Shown here piece by piece: positions 12,960 to 24,340 of a stretch of 64,000 nucleotides of DNA. A program made the position numbers and the translations under genes. The number at the start of each line of letters is the position of its first letter. The stretch's first letter is position 1. The stretch comes from Mobula hypostoma. Its lineage: Eukaryota. The notes beneath the pieces were generated by a model that did no database searches, was not told the DNA's origin, and saw only the letters and a program-made list of their open reading frames with translations. The DNA lies in contig NC_086108.1 of NCBI RefSeq assembly GCF_963921235.1, positions 35,094,001 through 35,158,000 of the forward strand, in the 5' to 3' direction.

Positions 12960-13265
12960 GTTCTGTGAATTGTGAGCTGGCTGCTGATGCCAATATGGCA
13001 CCCATAAGCTGTGCTGTGCCACAGATGGGGTAGAGTGTATATTTTGTGATAAAGTGTGCTTGCACTGAGCTTCCCCTCATCCCAAAGAGGCTCAGTGCCA
13101 TCCTGCATGTCCAATCTGAGATGTTGTAGGTCAAGGATGTCCACATGGAAACTTTAAGTACATCTTGGAGGCTTTTACTCGGTTCTGACAATCGCAATTA
13201 CACAGCACAACTGGACGTGGAATGCCAGTTTACCAGAAAGACAGAGCAACTGCTTTGAGAAGGTT
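12960..13265 (-). mobile_element. RTE LINE C-terminal fragment
   Basis: Minus-strand pieces SKQLL, KSLQDVLKVS, PICG...HIGISSQLTIH resemble the RTE C-terminal C2H2-like motif. Confidence 0.6.
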
Positions 13266-13809
13266 AGGATTAATGACTCACAAAATATGAAACCCGCTTT
13301 CTGCCTGCCTGCTACAACATTATGGAAAAGAAGACCTTGTATCAAATTTACAGACACATCTATCGCAAAAGGATTCAAAGTACCTTTACAAATAGCTCAT
13401 CAAATCCTGTTATATTCTCTCATATCTCATCTCTTTAGTATTCCAGCTGAAGATAAGAATTACCCATGGGCAGTATTAATTCTGTACAGTTTTGCATGGG
13501 TCTGGGTTGCAGTGGGAATTACGGCTCGCTCTTAAGATGAAGCATTCTAGAACTATGAATCATTCTGTCCAGCAGCCTAGCAAAGAACTACATAATGTGC
13601 TCATCTGAGGATGATCAAGTGATTTGAACAAAGGCTTTATCTTGAGAAGTCAGCACTCCCTCAGCAGTGCACCCAACAACTTAATCCTTTATGTGCTGAG
13701 AAAAAAATGTACAGTAGTTCAGTAAAATAATTATAACTACGGTAATATTTTGTTCACCAAGTCAACGTAATATATATATATGTATATTTTGTTGCCAGAC
13801 TTTTGAATA

Positions 13810-14058
13810 GACCACCTGCATGATAAGATGGACTCTTGGCCTCACGATCTACTTCATTATGATTTTGCACTTCATCATTTACCTGCACTGCACTTTTTTG
13901 GCAGCTTTTGCACTTTATTCTGCAATGTTACTGTTTTAACTTATTCTTAGCTCAATGCACTAAGTAATGATTTGATCTGCATGAACAATATGCAGGGCAA
14001 GCTCATCACTGTATTTTGATACATAGGACCACACTAAACCAATATCAAATCCAATACT
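13810..14058 (+). mobile_element. Rex1/Babar-type 3'UTR/tail
   Basis: Related to 14340-14545 (+) and 35810-36200 (-). Confidence 0.6.
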
Positions 14059-14085
14059 AAATGGTGGATTGACTCAAGGAATCTC

Positions 14086-14235
14086 ATCTTTTTTTTTTCT
14101 CCAGTCCTGAAGAAGGGTCTTGGTCCGAAACATTGACTGTACTCTTTTCCATAGCTGCTGCCTGGCCCGCTGACTTCCTCCAGCATTTTGTGTGTGTTAC
14201 TTGGGTTTCCAGCATCTGCAGATGTTCTCTTGTCT
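14086..14235 (+). mobile_element. Penelope pseudo-LTR with degenerate hammerhead motif
   Basis: cagtc CTGAAGA agggtcttggtcc GAAAC att gactg followed by gctgcctggcccgctgacttcctccagc. Confidence 0.8.
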
Positions 14236-14339
14236 GAGCCCGTAACTTCTCATGTACAGTACATAGTACACGCTTTACATGTTGGACAGCCAAACACAAG
14301 GGATTGGTGACAGTCAGGAGTCCCTAAGAACAAAATACA

Positions 14340-14545
14340 ATAAGATGCACTATTGGTCTCATAGTCTATCTGGTCATGGCCTAGCACCAGCACTCTAATA
14401 CTTCATTCTGCATTCTGTTATTGTTTTTTTACCTAATACAATCTCAATGCACTGTTAAAATGATCTGTATGGGCGGCATGCAACACAAGTTTTTCACTGT
14501 ATTTTGGTACATGTTACAACAATGAACCAACTTACCAATTTACAG
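14340..14545 (+). mobile_element. Rex1/Babar-type 3'UTR/tail
   Basis: ctcaatgcactg...tgatctgtatg...ttttcactgtattttggtacatg...aaccaacttaccaattt. Confidence 0.6.
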
Positions 14546-15438
14546 GTATTAGTTTAAACCACAAACTGATTTTTAATGTGATTTAAGCATTGAGAACTAC
14601 TGTAGTTAAAGAAAATTGTTGCAGCATATTTTCCTAATTACATAAAATGAACACATTAACTTCTCAACTATTCAAGTAAGGACAATTCTTTACTTGTGAA
14701 ACTATTAATGACCTTCACCTTCTTTATCTGGGTTACAGTCATCGTCTCTGACTGGACTGCAATTCAGTATGAGCCAAAAAGGGAAAAGAAGTGTAAAAGA
14801 TTGATAAAAAGAAAATTGGAGGCACTGTGGCATGGAAGCTCAGCTGACCTGTGAAAGTTTTCAGGGAGCAGCACAACTGCCTGAGCCTCCCAACAGGAGA
14901 GCAAGAGAATGCAGGCCCCATTTTGGGTAGAATGGTGGTGGTGGGTGACAGGAAACCAGGTTGTGAACATTCAGGGATGGAAGTCGTTCATATAAAGCAG
15001 CTAATGGGAAGGAAAAAGTTAGAACAGCAGCCAGGAATGTCTTCATACAAGGTACAAGGAGGCCATTCGGCCCATTGAGGCTATGCTGACTCCACTTCCC
15101 ATCTGCACAGCACAACATGGTACTAATTGACAGCTAGGCCTCCATTCAAACCTGATTCCCCCACAGCACCTTGACTTTCACCAGCGTTCATTAGAGCTGT
15201 GGAGAGGCAGTGTTAGAGACCAGGCTGTGAAGCTGGGAACTGCTAGCAGCTGCTGATCCTGACCTGCTGACATAACAGGAGGGAGGCTCTGCACTGGCAT
15301 GAAACCTGTGTTCTCACTTTTGCCAGCAATGCTTTGTTGAAGTTACCCAGTCAAGTTTTCTCTAGCGTGATTAGTTGCTCATTAGTTGCTGGCACATATT
15401 GTGAGATCCCATGACACTCAGCATTCCTGGCTGCTGTT

Positions 15439-15443
<5 letters not shown>

Positions 15444-15469
<26 letters not shown>

Positions 15470-15470
15470 C
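15444..15470. repeat. (CA)n microsatellite
   Basis: Direct reading. Confidence 0.95.
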
Positions 15471-16130
15471 TCCTTGCTGATGTTAAAGGCCTGTATATCT
15501 GCCTGAGGTAAATCTATGTAGCAAGATTACACATGAATCAAGTTGCATTTTATTCCTATTATAGGAAAAAACATCAAGCTTTATCAGAAAATGGATCTAC
15601 ATTGAAACAATATATCCATCTAAGGAGCTGAAACAATACAACTCGAGAGGAGGGAGAGGATAATGAAGGAGTGAAAATAAAATTTATAAAATCATTCAAC
15701 TAAGAGTTAGCTGACCTTTTGACACGCCATTGGCTTGCTATGATATGCTATGATATGATATGATATGGCCTGTGATCCCATGTCCAATTACCGCTCAGCA
15801 CCAATTCAGTCCATGCCCATTAGGGCTTGGGTGTTCCAAGATTCCAGCTCTCACACAAAACTGGGGTAATTATACTGATTATTCATTCAGTTCTGAACTG
15901 TAACCACTACCTCACCATATTCAGTGAAGATAAAGTATTTGCAGTCAAAAGAGAGGCAAATTCTGGAACACACATGGAAGTTGCTGGTGGACGCAGCAGG
16001 CCAGACAGCATCTCTAGGAAGAGGTACAGTCGCCGTTTCAGGCCGAGATCCTTCGTCAGGACTAACTGAAGGAAGAGTGAGTAAGGGATTTGAAAGTTGG
16101 AGGGGGAGGGGGAGATCCAAAATGATAGGA

Positions 16131-17150
16131 GTACCGCAAGGCTCAGTGCTGGGACCCCAGTTGTTTACAATATATATGAATGACTTGGATGAGGGAATTA
16201 AATGCAGCATCTCCAAGTTTGCGGATGACACAAAGCTGGGTGGCAGTGTTAGCAGTGAGGAGGATGCTAAGAGGATGCTGGGTGACTTGGATAGGTTGGG
16301 TGAGTGGGCAAACTCATGGCAGATGCAATTTAATGTGGATAAATGTGAAGTTATCCACTTTGGTGGAAAAAATAGGAAAACAGATTATTATCTGAATGGT
16401 GGCCGATTAGGAAAAGGGGAGGTGCAACGAGACCTGGGTGTCATTATACACCAGTCATTGAAAGTGGGCATGCAGGTACAGCAGGCGGTGAAAAAGGCGA
16501 ATGGTATGCTGGCATTTATAGCGAGAGGATTCGAGTACAGGAGCAGGGAGATACTACTGCAGTTGTGTAAGGCCTTGGTGAGACCACACCTGGAGTATTG
16601 TGTGCAGTTTTGGTCCCCTAATCTGAGGAAAGACATCTTTGCCATAGAGGGAGTACAAAGAAGGTTCACCAGATTGATTCCTGGGATGGCAGGACTTTCA
16701 TATGAAGAAAGACTGGATGAACTGGGCTTGTACTCGTTGCAATTTAGAAGATTGAGGGGGGATCTGATTGAAACGTATAAGATCCTAAAGGGATTGGACA
16801 GGCTGGATGCAGGAAGATTGTTCCCGATGTTGGGGAAGTCCAGAACGAGGGGTCACAGTTTGAGGATAGAGGGGAAGCCTTTTAGGACCGAGATTAGGAA
16901 AAACTTCTTCACACAGAGAGTGGTGAATCTGTGGAATTCTCTGCCACAGGAAACTGTTGAGGCCAGTTCATTGGCTATGTTTAAGAGGGAGTTAGATATG
17001 GCCCTTGTGGCTACAGGGGTCAGGGGGTATGGAGGGAAGGCTGGGGCGGGGTTCTGAGTTGGATGATCAGCCATGATCATAATAAATGGCGGTGCAGGGT
17101 TGAAGGGCCGAATGGCCTACTCCTGCACCTATTTTCTATGTTTCTATGTT
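16131..17150 (+). mobile_element. Young 5'-truncated CR1 LINE nested in a Penelope element
   Basis: VPQGSVLGP, FADDTKL, RPHLEYCVQFWSP, NFFTQRVVNLWNSLP; (TTTCTATG) tail. Confidence 0.95.
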
Positions 17151-17416
17151 AAGACAGGAGGGGGAGGGATGGAGTCAAGAGCTGGACAGGTGATAGGCAA
17201 AAGGGATATGAGAGGATCATGGGACAGGAGGCCCAGGGAGAAGAAAAAGGGCGGGGGGAAACCCAGAGGATAGGCAAGGAGCATAGTCAGAGGGAGAAAA
17301 AGGAGAGAAAGAGAAAGAATGAGTGTATATAAATAAATAACTGATGGGGTACGAGGGGGAGGTGGGGCATTAGTGGAAGTTAGAGAAGCCAATGTTCATG
17401 CCATCAGGTTGGATGA

Positions 17417-17452
17417 AGTCCTGATGAAGGGTCTTGGCCCGAAACGTCGACT
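17417..17452 (+). ncRNA. Minimal type I hammerhead ribozyme motif (Penelope pLTR)
   Basis: AGTC-CTGATGA-A-GGGT cttg GCCC-GAAA-C-GTC-GACT: stem I agtc/gact, stem II, both conserved core boxes and a GUC triplet. Confidence 0.75.
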
Positions 17453-20004
17453 GTACCTCTTCCTAGAGATGCTGCCTGGCCTGCTGCGTTCACCAGCAAC
17501 TTTGATGTGTGTTGCTTGAATTTCCAGCATCTGCAGAATTCCTCGTGTTAAGGCAAATTCTGGATTCTGATTTGTGCTGTGGAAGCCTCAGGCACAGACC
17601 TCTAAATGTTGAGGCTGCGCTTTATGGGAAGGTTTCCTCCTGGGAAGAGGAGAAGAACAAACTGTTTGGATTTAGTCTGATTTCTCGAAGTGACCACTAG
17701 ACAGGAGATGTTGAAGATAGAAAGCTAATGCGAATATCGTCTTGGCCGGGATGCATAAGTTATTGATAAATTATAGTGTGGACAAGGGAATCTTCCAGCC
17801 TAGCTCTCCTTCATCAAATCTCTGATAATTCAATACTCTTTCAAAGGAATTCTGCAGAGTTTCTGTTTGAAGCTTTTTTAAAATTTTGAATTGGACTTGA
17901 ACGTCACAATAAAGAGAGCTGCTTTCTAATTGTCATTATCGATTTCAAAATTATGTGAAGAATGATATGCTGACTTGTTTAAGATTGTACTTATACAGTC
18001 ACCACAGTATCATTATTGGAATATTCAATTGATATCGGTTCTTAATGAATTAGTGTTCTTAATTTTTTGTGGAGAGGTTTTGCTGAAACCATTTGCACAG
18101 GCATTTTTCTGCAAAAAGGTCTCAAACACCCCATGGGTTCTTATCAACAATTTAACAACAAGCAAAATATAATCATTTGTTTTGTACTGCTGTAATTTTG
18201 CTATTTTGCCCATGTTTTTTAGAAAATTATTTAATTAGAATTCCTGCTGTAGAATTAAATGACTTAAATTAGACAATGGCATAAAATTCATGAATGCAGA
18301 GAAAAGCTACAGGAATACACTTTGGCTACGATTTTTATCAAGATATTTGTCCGATTGCATACTTGAACCCATGAGTTTTAGTTGTTGCTACTACATGCCA
18401 CACAATCGCCATTGCATAATATGTCATTATATGAGAAATGCTATTACCAAGTGTTGGATTGTAAATTACTATCTGTTGACAGTCGGGTAACCATGCCATA
18501 ATAATCAATCCTTTTAGAGTGTTGCAAGGAACAGTAATGTCACTGGTTTGATATCTATGGTGACAGCTTCTTTGGGACAGATGACAGACATGAAATATGC
18601 AGTCCTTATGGAGTTCACAACGTGGTAAAAATACTGTACAGCAGTAGTTCCCAAAGTGGGCAAAATCACTCTCCCCCCCCTTAAAAACTCTCTTCGGACC
18701 ATGGGAGTTTTTAAGGGGCAATACAGATAAAAGAGGCTGTGGGGTGGATGTTGGTAGCAAGGAGGGAGGTCAGCTGAGGGAGTATAGGTTTGATTTATGA
18801 AATGAATTACATGATGAGCATTTGATCCTCAGTGCCTCATAATTGATTCCACTGATCACATAATCACCTCATCTCTTGCAAACCCATCGTACTCATAGAC
18901 TTTGCTCTTCAACAACTCTAACGTGCTTCGAGCAATGCGACACTTGATATTCAGCATAGCATGAGAAACATAGACTGAAGAAACGGTGTTATTTCTAGGC
19001 ATTACTGCCATTCACTACTGTAACTTGGTGTTAGCTCGTACGAATCCCAGACTCTAATCCCTCAGTAATGTAATTCCTGTGAATTAGCGTATGAATTTCA
19101 TTGGGGTAAAGTTCCGAATCTGCCCTTTTGAATAGTTTTGACTGCATTTCGCTAGCCCATGGCCCAACCAAGATGTTCCTGCCCCACTCTATGTACCTGC
19201 AGGTGGGGAGTCAGATTTTGCCTGAGCTATGTTGGGGTCATAACTTTCCCCTTTATTGCTCGTTGCTAAATCTGGAAAGCCCAACACAACTGGAGAAGAG
19301 TGGACTCTGCCAGCAGTAAGGGAGATTTTGAGTGCAGTTTCGCATAACTCACCAGACCAAATAATTAAAGCGATTCTGTTCAGCAACAACACAGTTCAAA
19401 GGCAAATGAGTGAAATGTCTGAGAATGTGGAAGACACTTCGTGTAAAATACTTAGGACAAGAGAATTTGCTCTGCAGTTGGATGAGTCAGCTTTTTCAGG
19501 CAATGGATCATTGCTTCTTGGTTATGGTCCCTTCATAAAAGATAACAACATGGTTTCAGAGTTGTAATTTGCAAGAGGACAAGACATGGATATGAAGGAG
19601 GAGTCAATTTTTCGGGTTGTTGAGCAATTTTTCAAAGAGGAGGGCAATGCACTCACCAACATTCTGGCTTGTGCAACAGTTAGGACACCATCAATGACAG
19701 GATGCCACCATGGGGTTATTACATGTTAAATAAAGCTGTGTCTAACATATTTATTATTCACTGCGTAATTCACAGAAAACAGCCTGTTACAAAAAACCCG
19801 AGTGATTGACTGCACAAATCACTAAGTACTGCTATCATAACAGTAAATGAAATCAAAACCCATGCTCTCAATTCTCAACGATTTTGAGGACTTTGTATTG
19901 AGAATGATGGACAGTTTGAACACTTGCTGTTGCACATACAAGTCAGGTGGCTCTCAGAAAGAAGCTCTCTGAGATGCTTTTATGTTCTTTTTGAAATTAT
20001 GATA

Positions 20005-20727
20005 TGTAGCCCCTGGTAAACCGCAGGCTCGCTCAACTCGCTTTCGTCTGGGGGAGCAGCCTTTGGCCCCGCCAAACTGGGTAATCAAGTTTGGGTGGAT
20101 GCTGTGCGATGTACCCCATCACGCCAAATAACAGACCAATTGCAATTAAATGATTACACTTTATAGATTTTACTGGAACTATGTAGATAGTAAAGAAGCA
20201 AAATAAGAACTGTTTAATTGTTTAATAAAAAGAAAAAGGCGCCATTATTATTAACCAGTTCGTGCACTCAACGTTGGAGCTCTTAGCGAACTGGGTCCCC
20301 CTTCCTCCAGTCGATGTCCTCCGAACTCCACCGACCCTTGAATGGGACCACCCTCGGTGATCGACCAAATGTTCTACTCGAGTCTGTCCGTGTCTCCTCT
20401 CTTCATCGAAGACCCTGGGCCTCGGACTCCAGCACAGGATCCCTTCAGTAGCCCAGCTTACAGCATCGCGTCTCCTCTCTCTGTCCTCACCACGCCTTCT
20501 GCCCCAAAGCCCGTAAAACACAATAGCTTACAGACACACAAGAAAGAATAACATCCATCCCAATTGGTTCGTTCCTTTTCATATGAATAATATAACCCAA
20601 ACAAGCAGAGAGAGAGAGAACTCCTTACATCGCAGTTATTATTACAGAAAAGCCATTTTGATTATAACATAACAAAGAAGCCATTTTGTTAGCCTTTCCA
20701 GTAACATAAAAGAAGAAACCCCTTACA
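20005..20727 (-). mobile_element. Solo LTR (probably Gypsy)
   Basis: TGTA...TACA termini; 4-bp TSD GATA at 20001-20004 and 20728-20731; interrupts the hAT transposase; orientation tentative. Confidence 0.85.
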
Positions 20728-20808
20728 GATAAAATTATTTGAAGACTTGAATGCTTCATTCAGTAATCTACTCAAGAATAATAGCCATGACATTTATTTG
20801 TCAGAATT

Positions 20809-21210
20809 AGACCATAAGTCCATAAGACAAAGGAGCAGAAGCCAGCCATTCGGCCCATCGAGTCTGCTCCACCATTTTATCATGAGCTGATCCATTCTCC
20901 CATTTTGTCCCACTTCTCACCATAATCTTTTGATGCCCTGGCTACTCAGATACCTAGAAATCTCTGCCTTAAATACACCCAATGACTTGGCCTCCACTGC
21001 TGCCTGTGGCAACAAATTCCATATATTCACCACCCTCTGGCTAAAAAAATTTCTTCGCATTTCTGTTCTGAATGGGTGCCCTTCAATCCTTAAATTATGC
21101 CCTCTCCTACTAGACTCCCCCATCATGGGAAACAACTTTGCCACATCCACTCTGTCCATGCCTTTCAACATTTGAAATATTTCTATGAAGTCTCCCCTCA
21201 TTCTTCTAAA
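20809..21210 (-). mobile_element. CR1 LINE 3' fragment nested in hAT
   Basis: MRGDFIEIF...RRNFFSQRVVNIWNLLP; (CCATAAGA)-type tail. Confidence 0.9.
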
Positions 21211-21944
21211 TTGTTGGAAAGTTTAATGAAATCAGTCTTTAATTGCAAGGAAATTATGTGAATCTTATCAGAATCAAGTGAGTCATCCCCACATTTTTGT
21301 CCAAGTTAACCCTGTTTAAGTGGAATATTGGCCGTCACAATCTTTTCCAATTTCCAAGCCTCTGTGAGTTGGAAGAGAAAGGAAGAATACCAGATAATCT
21401 TCAAATATGCTGTGCCAACTGGGTGAGCTGCATAAGGACATGTCAGAGAGATTTCAGGATCTTCTCTCAATCCAGATTCCAGATTGGGTAATAACTCCAT
21501 TCCTGAACACTTATGATGAGGAATTAACAGGGAAGATGGAGGAAGAACTGATTTCACTACAAAATGACTTTGAGCTGAAGCCAAGGTTCAAAAAATCATA
21601 TCAAGACTTTTATTTGCAGAAACAAATCTATATTGTCTTATTGGAGTGCAGTTTCAGTGAAGTCATCCAACTTATTTCAAAGCAACAAAACAGACTGCAA
21701 AGTATTGAACGTGGGGATCTGAGCCTCCTTGTGAGTGACATTCAGAGAAGCTGATATCACTGCACCAAGCCCATCCATCTCACTGAAAGGAGAAAAAGCA
21801 ATGAAGTAGTGAATAGTTGAACTACACATGTACGCTCTAAAATTGTTTGTGAAAATAATTTTTACTGTCATTAAATAAAAAAAATTGTAGCTTTAAGTAC
21901 ATTTGAATAATTTTTGCAATTATTTGTCACTACTTTAAATTTAT

Positions 21945-22294
21945 TATTACTATTTCTTTTTCTCTCTCCTTTTTCTCCCTCTGTCCCTCTCACTATACTC
22001 CTTGCTCATTCTCTGGGCATCAGACCTCCCCCTTTCTTTCTCCCGAGGCCTCCTGTCCCATGATCCTCTCATATCCCTTTTGCCAATCACCTGTCCAGCT
22101 CTTGGCTCCTTCCCTCCCCCTCCTGTCTTCTCCTATCATTTCAGATCTCCCCCTCCCCCTCCCACTTTCAAATCTCTTACTATCTCTTCTTTCAGTTAGT
22201 CCTGATGAAGGGTCTCGGCCGAAACAACGAATGTACCTCTTCCAATAGATGCTGCCTGGCCTGCTGCGTTCACCAGCAACTTTTATGTGTGTTG
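21945..22294 (+). mobile_element. Penelope 3' fragment/pseudo-LTR with 12-bp TSD
   Basis: TSD ctttaaatttat at 21933-21944 and 22295-22306; agtc CTGATGA agggtctcggcc GAAAC with a mutated cleavage triplet. Confidence 0.85.
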
Positions 22295-22450
22295 CTTTAA
22301 ATTTATAGTTCCTATTTTCTTTTACTGTGCATCATAACTCAAATTATTTTTTTTAATGGAATGGCTGGAAAGGAAGAGGGGTTGCTGAGGTCAAGAGGGT
22401 GGTAACAAAGTGAGACATAGATGGTTAATCTAAAGAATGGGACACAAACA

Positions 22451-22911
22451 CAAGAGATTCTGCAGATGCTGGAAATCTTAAGAATACAGACAAAATGCTG
22501 AAGGAACTTAACACGTCAGGCAGCATTTATGGAAGAGAGTAAGCAGTCGACATTTTGGGTTGAGTTCCTTCAACATCACTGGAAAGGAGGATTGCAGAAA
22601 CCAGAATAAGAAGGTGGGGGAGGAAGGATGAAGTAAGAAGCTGGGAGGTAAGAAGTGGAAAAGGTAAAGGGCTGTAGAAGAAGTGAATCTAATAGGAGAG
22701 GACAGTGGATCATGGCTATAAGGGTTGGAGAAGGTGAATCAGAGGGAGATGATGGGCAGGTGAAGAGTAGAGAAAGTGAGACGGTAACCAGGTGGGAAAT
22801 GGAAAAAGAGAGTAGGTAGGAATGGGGGAATAATTACCAGAAGTTAGAGAAATCGGTGTTCATGCCTTCAGATTGGAGGCTATCCAGACAGAAAATGAAG
22901 TGTTGCTCCTA
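22451..22911 (-). mobile_element. Penelope 3' fragment with ~10-bp TSD
   Basis: gacacaaaca at 22441-22450 and 22912-22921; GIY-YIG C-terminal end (EQHFIFCLDSLQSEGMNTDFSNFW) plus pLTR. Confidence 0.8.
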
Positions 22912-24340
22912 GACACAAACAAACTAGTTTTTATATTTCATTTTGAATAAGGGTACTTAAGTGGTTTGTATTCTTACTAATTAAATTTTAATTACCTAAT
23001 TTTTGTATTAACTATTTGAAATATGTTGGTTGTGAATGATATCATTGTTTCAAGGCTGTTGACTTTAAGGTCATGTTATGTGACTAGTTGTTCTCTAGCC
23101 TGCAAATATACAGCATATATCAAAATTTACAGACGCAGCCCGTGAAAAGCCCTTGAATAATCTGTGTCTACCTCTTCCTTTGAACCTCTTGCGTCTAATG
23201 TGCATCATCTGTACATTCTGTAAAGGCCTTCACTACAGGATAAGCATTCACTAGGCACGTGCCTTTGCAATTATCCACTTTGCATTCAAAAAATAAGGAT
23301 TTCTCCTGTTAAAAAAGTAGGAGATTCTGGACCTTGGTACATCTGACAAGGTCTGTTATGAAATATAAAAAGTCTCATGAATTTGGAAGTTATTCAATTA
23401 ATAATTAGAATAAGAGTGATTCCATGATTTGAACTCTAGAATCATTCATTAAGTCTGTGCAGGGATGAAAATGCAGATTCTTAATGAGAGTGAAGTTAGA
23501 TACAAACCCTTTTCTTTTTGTTTTCATCTCAATACTGAAATGAGCTTTAGATTCCATTTTCACTTTTCCCTTATTTTTGGAAAAGAAGTTCTTGAATTGC
23601 GAGGGAATAGTGATAACTTTTGAACATTAATCCATGTACAATTAATCCATTAATCCACATGGTAATTCATGTATGGTTATGATGCAATCTGGAGGGCTGC
23701 ATTTCTGAGGGGCTGATATTTTTGAAATACACGTTGCAAGTTTTATTGAGTGATACGCAGTTAAGAATAGTAGATGTTGTTTATTCATTAAAGGCTAAAT
23801 AATAATATTATTTACAAATGATTTTATAACTTATACATTGTTTGATAATAAATAAATGTTCTTTGAAATGCATCTGCTTACATTGATGTGACATAAAAGA
23901 ATGTGAGTAGAGGCTGAAGTATAACTTCAGATCTGTGAACATCCTGAAAACGGGGAATGATCTAGATATAATTTTAGTTCAAAGAAGCTGACGGAATGAA
24001 AACAAAAGATGGGCTGTCTTATACCTTGCTTCAATGTAATTAAACTGATGTATGCGCAGTAGGAGAAACTGAGCTTAAAGTTTGAAACTAATGTTTGAAG
24101 GAACTTTGTAAATTATTAAAATTTCTTTTGGAAATCTTTAAGCTCTGTTGCTAGAAAAAACTTTTCCATGTATACCACTATTTCTGAAACAGAAGCCAAG
24201 TTTAATGTCATATGCACAAATACATGTTTGCACAGGTGTAATAAAATTTTACTTGCAGCAACATCACAAGCATGTAACATCAGATAAGCATCATTCACAA
24301 GAAAACGTAAACTAAACGTGAATTATCAATAATTTTTCAA

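Larger units (their letters stand above)
15968..17550 (-). mobile_element. Penelope-like insertion with inverted pseudo-LTRs, 14-bp TSD and nested CR1
   Basis: TSD aggcaaattctgga at 15954-15967 and 17551-17564; the left arm (15968-16063) is the reverse complement of the right arm (17417-~17512). Confidence 0.88.
18642..22440 (+). mobile_element. hAT (Charlie/Buster, ZBED5/SCAND3-like) DNA transposon, decayed, with three nested insertions
   Basis: Left TIR-like cagtagttcccaaagtggg preceded by ctgtacag; transposase pieces AKSGKP..GE..LPAV, SNNTVQR, FALQLDES, HCVIH, VRWLS; right TIR not recognisable. Confidence 0.85.

Noticed and set aside
15924..17057. 377-aa ORF as a domesticated RT gene
   Set aside because: Chance in-frame fusion with a GTG start; lacks the N-terminal RT subdomains.
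18517..18630. Possible exon (ttttag...gtaaaa)
   Set aside because: Weak splice sites and no recognisable peptide.
19256..19567. Domesticated ZBED5/SCAND3/FAM200 gene
   Set aside because: Many stops and frameshifts, three nested insertions and a TIR show it is a dead transposon.
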